The translations under genes were made by a program, and so were the position numbers. The notes below the pieces were generated by a model. It did no database searches. It had not been told where the DNA came from and worked only from the letters and a program-made list of their open reading frames with translations. From Octopus bimaculoides (taxonomy: Eukaryota), in NCBI RefSeq assembly GCF_001194135.2, contig NC_068981.1, forward strand, positions 135,395,238 through 135,452,482: 57,245 nucleotides of DNA. Reading direction: 5' to 3'. Below, piece by piece: positions 49,680 to 57,245 of the stretch. How positions within the stretch are numbered: the first letter of the stretch is position 1; each line of letters begins with the position of its first letter.

Positions 49680-50148
49680 GGGAGAGGTAGACCCAGGAAG
49701 ACATGGGATGAGGTGGTGAAGCATGACCTTTGAATATTGGGCTTCACAGAAGCAATGACAAGCAACTGAGACCTTTGGAGATATGCCGTGCTCATTGAGA
49801 AGACCCAGTAAGCCAAGTGAGATGATAGTTGTGGCTGATGCCAGTGTTGCATAACTGGCCTGTTTAAAAGCACCCTTCAATCAATGGGCAATATGCCATG
49901 CTTGTGAAGAACTGTTGAACAGAGTGAAATTATAGTCGAGGCCGATGCCAGTGCTGCCTGACTGGCACCCGTGCCAGTGGCACACAACATTCTTGGAGTG
50001 GTTGGTGTCAGGAAGGGCATCCAGCAGTAGAAACCTTGCCAAATCAGATTGGAGCCTGGTGCAACCTCCCAGCTTGCCAGTTCTCAGTCAAACTGTCTAA
50101 CCCATGCCAGCATGGAAAGTGGACGTTAAACGACAATGATGATGATGA
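49680..50148 (+). mobile_element. RTE ORF2 end, 3' UTR and tail
   Basis: GRPRKTWDEVVKHDL motif followed by the tail. Confidence 0.8.
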
Positions 50149-50469
50149 TTTACACACACAATAGGCTTCTTTCAGTTTCTATCTACTAAATCGCTTCACA
50201 AAGCTTTGGTCAACCCAGGACTATTGTAGAAGACTTGCTCAAAGTGGCACATAGTTGAAGTGAACCTGAAACTAGGTGGTTGGAAAGCAAACTTCAACTT
50301 CTTACCACACTGCTACACTTGTGCCTAATTATTTTTGTTGTTGCCGGAAGGAATTATGGAGAATTAGAGAGAATTATTAGTAAGGAAAAGAAAATCAAAA
50401 CAAACATTTGTTATAATGTAATCAAATGTGCTAAGAGTTATCTGGAAAATGTAAAGTTTTCTTTCTTAC

Positions 50470-50539
50470 CCGATCAACAACATGCTTGTAAATGAAACCA
50501 TCCGAATTAAGGAACAGAGTGGATATGCCTTCAAAAAAC
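50470..50539 (-). CDS. C6orf136: Internal coding exon (70 nt) of the C6orf136-like gene
   Basis: Acceptor ttttctcttaaatttatttccag|G and donor CGG|gtaaga. Encodes FFEGISTLFLNSDGFIYKHVVDR, a gapless match to recalled human TYDAYSTFYLNSSGLICRHRLDK. Confidence 0.85.
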
Positions 50540-50710
50540 CTGGAAATAAATTTAAGAGAAAATTGAATGAAAATATCGATATATTCACCCATTTATATAA
50601 CAAATAAGCCAATGAAGGAGGCTCTATGTGGTCATTAGAAATAGTAGCCTGATTTCCCTCAAACCAAACTGAAAGATACATTGGGTAGTGTAGTCCTAGA
50701 TAACTCTCAA

Positions 50711-51392
50711 CCCTTTAGCATTCAGATAACGCTTATTTATTCACATTGTTTTAAATTAATCATCATTAGTTAACATCTGTTTTCCATGCTGGCATGGGTT
50801 GGATGGTGTGATTGGAGCTGGGCAGCTGCCTGGGCTTCATGTCTTTTGGCATGGTTTCTACGGCTGGATGCCTGTCTTAATGCCAACCACTTTGAATAGT
50901 GTACTGGGTGCTTTTATGCTGCACTGGTATGGATGCTTTTTACATGACACCAGCACCCATCAGCCCACAATATTAAGATTGCTCAGCCGAAGGAGGAGGC
51001 AGGTGACATATCTGTATGCAAGGACAACAAGATTTTACATAGCTTGACATACCTTCTCAAGCACAGTAAACTGCCAGAAGTCCGAGTCCCTTGTCATCCC
51101 TTCAATGAGGCAAAAAATCTAAAGATCCTTTCTCACTATTTCATGACACATCTTCCTGGATCTACCCCTTCCACACATTCCCTCCACAATTAGAAACTGG
51201 TACTTCTTGATATACCTGTCTCCATTCATGCATATTCAATGTGTTATCTTGTATCTTCAAGATTTCAACGATGTGATTGTTTATTTTTAGAATGATATTT
51301 TAGGGTAGGTGTGAGGGGCTGGATCTGGTCACTTTGAATGTAAAACAGGTCGAATATATGAGCCAGATACGGCCAGTTTAAATGCTAAAGGG
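50711..51392 (-). mobile_element. piggyBac-like MITE, family D, split by an RTE 3' end
   Basis: ccctttagcatt ... aatgctaaaggg termini with decayed TTAA; RTE insert at about 50758-51230. Confidence 0.6.
50758..51230 (-). mobile_element. RTE 3' end inside the family D MITE
   Basis: Tail motif plus ttctcaagcacagt segment. Confidence 0.65.
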
Positions 51393-52039
51393 TTACAGAT
51401 GAGAGAGTTATACTTGGAATGCTTTTGATTGTAAGTTTGTGCAAATCAAGGGTGGCATAGGACTAAACAAATAATACTATCCAACAGAGATTGCACAGAA
51501 AATAGGACAAGTTTGTTATAGCAAAAGACACTTGCCCAAGATGTAATGCTGGTGTTTTCTACTACAGTTGAAGCTCGAATTTCCAAGCTAGGAGGCGTGT
51601 TGTATTTTTAAGCAAAACACTTCATTTCACTCCACAACAGCTAGGTGGGTGGGTGGAAAGTACAATAAACTGATGTCTTGTACTTGGTTGCTTATATGCC
51701 ATGGAAACTGGAATAAGCTCTAGACCTAATGAGCCATTAAGGTTCACAACAGATTTAAGGCTGCTACTATAGCAGTGGGGGAAGGAAGGGAGGGGAGGTA
51801 TTTACATGACTGAATCTGTATTTCCCTAAATCAGTCGAAAGGATGAATTTTCAGGTTATTAAGACCTTTTAAGCATTCAAGCAAACAGAAGTCTGTTTGG
51901 ATGTGGTCTGGAGTGGTGATTGATACACAACTTTTTCTCAAAAGATGCTGATGAAAGTGGTCTACAGAGTTCATGAGGAAAACTTGATGGATGACTAAAT
52001 GCAAATTTACTTTGAATTGTATTAAGCAACAACAGGACA

Positions 52040-52230
52040 TAAAAGGCTGGTAGAGTCAGAGAAAATGCTTAGTGGCATTTCTTTGGCACTCTATGTTCTG
52101 AGTTCGAATCCTGCAGTAGCCAACTTTGCATTTCCTCCCTTCAAGGTTGAAAAAATAAAGCATTAGTCACAAAATATTTGGCTTGATGTAATTTACTTTT
52201 TCCCTCCCCTCAAGATAGTAGGCCTTGAAC
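52040..52230 (+). mobile_element. Decayed SINE B
   Basis: B-box gagttcgaatcc and a decayed core. Confidence 0.55.
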
Positions 52231-52701
52231 CCTGCAAATGACAGTTCCTTGTTCAGGAAGTATGCTATGATCTTGGTCACTTTTATGCCAGGGAAACAGG
52301 GTCACCAGCCTTATGAAACTTAAGGCTTGGAAAAAGGGGACAAAAAAAAGAAAAAAGGACATAAAACTTGTGGATGACAAAAACTTTAGTATGTACCACT
52401 GATCCACCTGGACTAATGTTATGCACTGCAGGTCTAAATGGTTTCATTATGTAGTACTGGCACAGCTCATTGTAAGATGTATTTGTGCTTGGCAGAAGGT
52501 TAACAACTGTTTAAAGAAGTTTCTGGTCCTCTTTCAGAGGCTGTTTTTGGCTCTATTGTAAGATATTTATCTACAAAGAGGGTCCGTGACTAAGTTCGAA
52601 TAATTCAGCTGTTATATGAAAGGAGACTAAGTTCAATAATGTGCAGCAAAATATTAAGTTTTTAATCAATTGTAATATTTAAAAAAAAAATAACTTAAAA
52701 A

Positions 52702-52747
<46 letters not shown>

Positions 52748-53424
52748 TGGGGGTTGAAGCACAACTCGTTTTGAAACAAAATTTTCTGATAAAAATGTTA
52801 AGTCTTCTATATTTTGATTTAAAGAATTTCCGTTGCAGTTCATAACTCCATAACTGAAACTTTTAGCTTCTCCGTCAGATACAGACACACACATAAACAA
52901 GAAGAAACGAGGAACAACAATTTAAAATCTGAAAGGAGATAGCGCACAATTGGTAACACTATTAGTTGTCTCCCTTGAAATAAAAAAAAAATTATGCCAC
53001 TATTTAAAGAATAGTTATCGTTCTTTAACCAAATAGCAAGGTCTGCAATCGCTTAAAGAAAGCGTAATTGTATGCAATTTTCACCTACGAATCTAATCAA
53101 ATTAATATTTTCGTTAAATAAATAGAAACATTATGAGCCTATCTCAAGGTAGAAGGTTGAAAATAAATTACAGAACATGATAAATATTATCATACGGAAA
53201 ATCCGAAGATTACTATATACATAACTCGCTCAATAGTGTTTTTTTTGTTTTCTCCGCTACTGGATACAATCCCAGTCGGAACACTTGAGATGAACTTATC
53301 TCAACTCGCGTCACCCAGTACTAAACAATTCTTCGTTCTGAGTACTTAGTTCCGATAGAATATCATTTATTTGCCATACAACTCCAACCGATAAACAATA
53401 ATATCATTATCTTTATATCAATGA

Positions 53425-53715
53425 AGGCAGCAAGCTGGCAGAATCGTTAGTGTGCCAGACAAAATGCGTGCCATGCCGCTGAGGTAGACTTTGTCTTTCA
53501 TCTTCCAGGGCCGATTAAATAAGTAAGTTGAGCGCTGGAGTCGATGTAATTAAGTTTCCAGTCCCCTCTCAATTGGTTGCCATGTGCTATAAATTAGAAA
53601 GAAGGCAGTAAAAGGCAGCGAGCTAGCAGAATCGTTAGCACATCAGGCAAAATGTTTAGCAGCATTTTATCTGTTCTGAGTTCAAATTTTGCTAATGTTG
53701 ACTTTGCCTTTCAGA
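53425..53715 (+). mobile_element. Two SINE B units
   Basis: Two heads aaggcagc(a/g)agct(g/a)gcagaatcgttag. Confidence 0.7.
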
Positions 53716-53899
53716 GAGTTGGCAGAATCATTAGAACAATGTACTGGCTCTTCATATTCATCATCATTATCATTTAACATCCGTTTTCCATGTTGGCATG
53801 GGTTGGACGGTTTGACCAGCTGAAGGGCTGTTCAGGCTCCATGTCTGTTTTGGCAAGGTTTCTATGGCTGGATGCGCTTCCTAATGCTAACCACTCTAT

Positions 53900-54340
53900 A
53901 GAGAACAACATTTAGACAAAACTACTTTACCTCAACTGGTCCAGATCTCTTTAATATTATGCCAAAATATGTCAAAATGGAAACGGATCCCATAAAATTC
54001 AAAAGTTCTCTAGACAAATTCCTCCAAAATATTCTGGACCAACCTCCTATACCAGGATATATCTCCAACAATAACTCTTTGCTAGAGTGCACCATGGTGC
54101 CCCATATACGATTAAAACATTTCACCAGGTGGTGCTATTAAGTTAGACATGGCCTGGGCCTATACTGGTCGAAACCTATCAAAATTATTATACCTGGCTA
54201 CGACTCACTCAGCAAGAACTTCCTACTCGAATAGACTATGATACCACAAAACTTGACTTAAAAAAGGATTTAGCTAATCCTATCAGGTGGTGCTATTAAG
54301 TTAGACATGGCCTGGACCAATCTTTGGTTGAAACATATCT
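53900..54340 (+). mobile_element. 3' end of a CR1/L2-group LINE
   Basis: QNYFTSTGPDLFNIMPKYVKMETDPIKFKSSLDKFLQNILDQPPIPGYISNNNSLLE matches the typical ORF2 end (GP.LFN.LP...FK..LDKFL..IPDQP..PGY...NSL). A 32-bp 3' UTR segment is duplicated at 54126-54157 and 54284-54315. Confidence 0.7.
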
Positions 54341-54989
54341 AAGTTATGTACTGGGTGCTTCTTTGCAGCACCAGCATGGGTGCTTTTCGTGTGGTACATT
54401 ATGATTTCAACCAAATTCAACTTCTGCGTTTCATCCTTCTGGGGTTTGAGAGGATTTGGTAAACAGAATACAATGGCACTGAAATGCATAAGACCAGGGA
54501 CCACATGTGAATTTGTATTCTCACTGAAACTCTGAAGATGAATTATACACCTCAACAATGAATGACAACTACATCTATGGTGTCCATGCTATACAACATG
54601 CTTGCTCTCTCAGTGGGGCATTTATCAAATTTACAAACTGGATGTTTGGGCTGCTGGCAGAAGCATTACTTTGACTGTTGGATGGGGGTCATCATTTGTG
54701 AAGAACATGGTGAAGTTGTTGGTCGGAGCGGGCTCAACTGTCCCCAGGTGAATGCCACTGTAAGTACAAGTGTCTTCCTTACCACACAGTCACATTGGTG
54801 CTGGTCAATCTTTCAAAAAAAAAAAACAGAAAAAACCCAAACCTTGCTCAGGCCTGTACAGACAGATGCAAACACATGGCTGACCCTAACTGAAAGAGAC
54901 CTCAGAACAGTAGCCTTACAATGTAAGGGTGCCTACAATGCTATGGACATTACTCCATATTACTCAGATTAATGATTAAAAAGAAAATA

Positions 54990-55340
54990 CATCATCATCA
55001 TTGTCGTTTAACGTCCGCTTTCCATGCTAGCATGGGTTGGACGATTTGACTGAGGACTGGTGAAACCAGATGGCTACATCAGGCTCCAATCTGATTTGGC
55101 AGAGTTTCTACAGCTGGATGCCCTTCCTAACGCCAACCACTCAGAGAGTGTAGTGGGTGCTTTTTACGTGCCACCGGCACGAAGGCCAGTCAGGCGGTAC
55201 TGGCAATGGCCACGCTCAAAATGGTGTATTTTGTGTGCCACCCACACAAGAGCCAGTCCAGGGGCACTGGCAACGATCTCGTTCGAAAGTCCTTACACAT
55301 GCCGCGGGCACAAGTGCCAGAAAGGCAACGCTGGGCACAC
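54990..55340 (-). mobile_element. RTE 3' end, young subfamily, about 35 nt inside the C6orf136 intron
   Basis: As above; CpGs retained. Confidence 0.8.
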
Positions 55341-55373
55341 ATAAAAAATAAATTCAAAAAATATTGTACGTAC

Positions 55374-55592
55374 TGGGATTCTGATTTTAATGAGCTGCGA
55401 TAGGTCCATGGCATAAAATTCCAAATCTGTAATGTTTTCAGCTGTGGTAGGCCACTGACCCGCCAATGCAGACGAATAGAAGCAGTCTCAGGTTTGATTG
55501 AAATGTTGAGGATGCTCATTTGAAGGTGGGCATATTTCATATGTGACAGCATTCTCACTTTTACCAACTCCAACATGTAGGCACGAATTCCT
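55374..55592 (-). CDS. C6orf136: Internal coding exon (219 nt) of a C6orf136/DUF2358-like protein
   Basis: Acceptor tttttcatttttcag|A and donor CA|gtacgt. Translates to GIRAYMLELVKVRMLSHMKYAHLQMSILNISIKPETASIRLHWRVSGLPQLKTLQIWNFMPWTYRSSLKSES, which aligns from memory with human C6orf136 NYFAHLRLEVLQLTRHPENWTLQARWRLVGLP. Phase is compatible with the next exon (CA|G = Gln). Confidence 0.85.
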
Positions 55593-55962
55593 CTGAAAAA
55601 TGAAAAACAGTATTTAGTTTAGTTTTCCCCTCTTAATCTCATCCATCTACATTCTGTTTCATACTGGCATGGAGTGGGTAGATCTGTAATAAACTCGTTC
55701 ACATGTTTTACTAGACCTCACATGTAATGTCCACTAAGCTTACATGTCTCAGGTCTTTTCTTTCAACTACTGCAGAACCTCTACATGGCTGAATCTCTCT
55801 TAGATCACATTCTATATGTTAAATAAAGATACATTAATTAAGATGTAATAACCCTTAAATATATGGGATAGTCATGGTTGGAATGCCTTTGATTGCAGAT
55901 TTTCTCAATCAGAGCTCCCATGGGGCAAAATAACAACTACATGTAATTCACTCCAGAAATCA

Positions 55963-56155
55963 TCATCACCATCATCATATATAATGTTTGTTTTCCATGC
56001 TGGCATGGGTTGGATGGTACGACAGGAGCTGGCAAGCCAGAGAGTTGCATCAGGCTCCAATTGTCTGCTTTGGCATGGTTTCAACAGTTGGATGCCCTAC
56101 CTAAACCCAACCACATTTCAGAGTGTACTGGGTGCATTTTTTTGATATCAGCACC
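55963..56155 (-). mobile_element. RTE 3' end
   Basis: Tail motif. Further copies not listed separately lie at about 1487, 16625, 28270, 33822, 34506, 35340, 36890, 38058, 41756, 42890, 43808 and 53757. Confidence 0.7.
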
Positions 56156-56910
56156 TGTTCTAGAAAAACAAAAAAGAATTTCATCAAAAACTGGCTATAA
56201 GTAGTTGGAAGCTAATAAGATTCAATGTTTGAACTTGATTGCTCAGTGTTATCTTATAGAACTTGCACTTACATCTCCAAGCAGTTGTAACAACCTAATA
56301 AAGAATGTCTTTGAGAATGGTTGAAAAAAGACCATTCACAGCTATGGAATGTACATCTTTCTGCACATCTTTCTTCACCGATATGTAAATAGCTTTTAGG
56401 ATAGAAGAAAATAGGAGGTTAATCTAAAAGGTATCTGTAACCAAACAGATGTGTGCAGCCGTATGCATGTGTAAGTATGATAATGTGCATTGCATGAATG
56501 CAAATGTGAGTGAATAGAGAAATAGCAAATATTGTTTTTGAAGATACCTGTGTATTTGAGCAGGTTTGTTTGTTCTGCTTTTCAACACTAGCATGAATTA
56601 GATGAATACATTATCAAGGCAATGTTTTACAGTCAGATGCCCTTCTTGTCAATTTTGCAAGCTCAATGCTTAGGAGTGTCAACAAATATTCTCGTTTGTA
56701 GCTCAGTGACTTTCATGCAGAGCATAGAATGTAAACACGCATACAGACACATGTATATATATATACAATGAGCTTCTGTACACTTTCCACATGTACTGAA
56801 TTCACTGCCAACACACTGGTTGGTCTATGGCTACAGTAGAAGACACTCATTCAAGGTGCCATGCAATAAGAATGAAACTAAAACCATACTTTTGAGAAGC
56901 AAATTCTTGC

Positions 56911-57245
56911 CAAGTTACAGAGAGGGTCATAGCCCAACTAATTAGGGAGCGAATCAATTTAGATGAGATGCAGTTTGGGTTCGTGCCAGGTAAAAGCACT
57001 ACTGATGCCTTATTTCTAGTGAGACAGTTGCAAGAGAAATACCTAGCCAAGGATAAACCTCTGTACCTGGCTTTCGTTGACATGGAGAAAGCCTTTGACA
57101 GGGTCCCCCGATCCCTTATCTGGTGGTCAATGAGGAAACTTGGGATAGAAGAATGGCTAGTGAGAGCTGTGCGAGCCATGTACAGAGATGCGGCCAGTAA
57201 GGTGAGGGTTGGAAATGAGTACAGCAATGAATTCCGGGTAGAGGT
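56911..57245 (+). mobile_element. RTE-clade LINE RT fragment, 5'-truncated, running off the window
   Basis: Uninterrupted 111-codon frame QVTERVIAQLIRERINLDEMQFGFVPGKSTTDALFLVRQLQEKYLAKDKPLYLAFVDMEKAFDRVPRSLIWWSMRKLGIEEWLVRAVRAMYRD...; same family as 12643-14388. Confidence 0.9.

Noticed and set aside
52232-52326. Minus-strand ALSFIRLVTLFPWHKSDQDHSILPEQGTVICR, superficially like the C6orf136 PExxTxxxRW motif
   Set aside because: The real motif is in exon 55374-55592, the phases do not fit between the flanking exons, and its end overlaps a decayed SINE B.
56272-56425. Possible upstream C6orf136 exon (gtaagt donor on the minus strand)
   Set aside because: No frame gives the expected LP.FF/HDY.IY motifs; upstream exons probably lie outside the window.

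Overview
AT-rich, intron-rich eukaryotic DNA with five assembly gaps. The repeat repertoire (tRNA-headed SINEs, (GAT)n-tailed RTE LINE ends, long microsatellites) points to an octopus/coleoid genome; this is inferred from recalled repeat families, not from a search. One host gene is supported: three GT-AG coding exons on the minus strand (55592-55374, 50539-50470, 25461-25336) splice in frame into the C-terminal part of a C6orf136/DUF2358-like protein. Its introns are 4.8 kb and 25 kb, and the 5' exons probably lie beyond the window. The rest is mostly mobile DNA: three tRNA-SINE families, dozens of RTE 3' ends, two RTE reverse-transcriptase fragments, a decayed DD37D (maT) transposon, a mariner remnant, a CR1-type 3' end, hAT- and piggyBac-like MITEs and a 5S rRNA-derived fragment. 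The best second-look items are a PHD-type zinc finger inserted inside the RTE RT domain, a cluster of three long hairpins at 11.4-12.6 kb, a 50-bp templated insertion with a 12-bp duplication, the 5S-derived piece, and inverted repeats bracketing the 70-nt exon. I see no clear evidence of a new multi-gene system. Most repeat boundaries are approximate (about +/-20 nt) unless a TSD or TIR is quoted.
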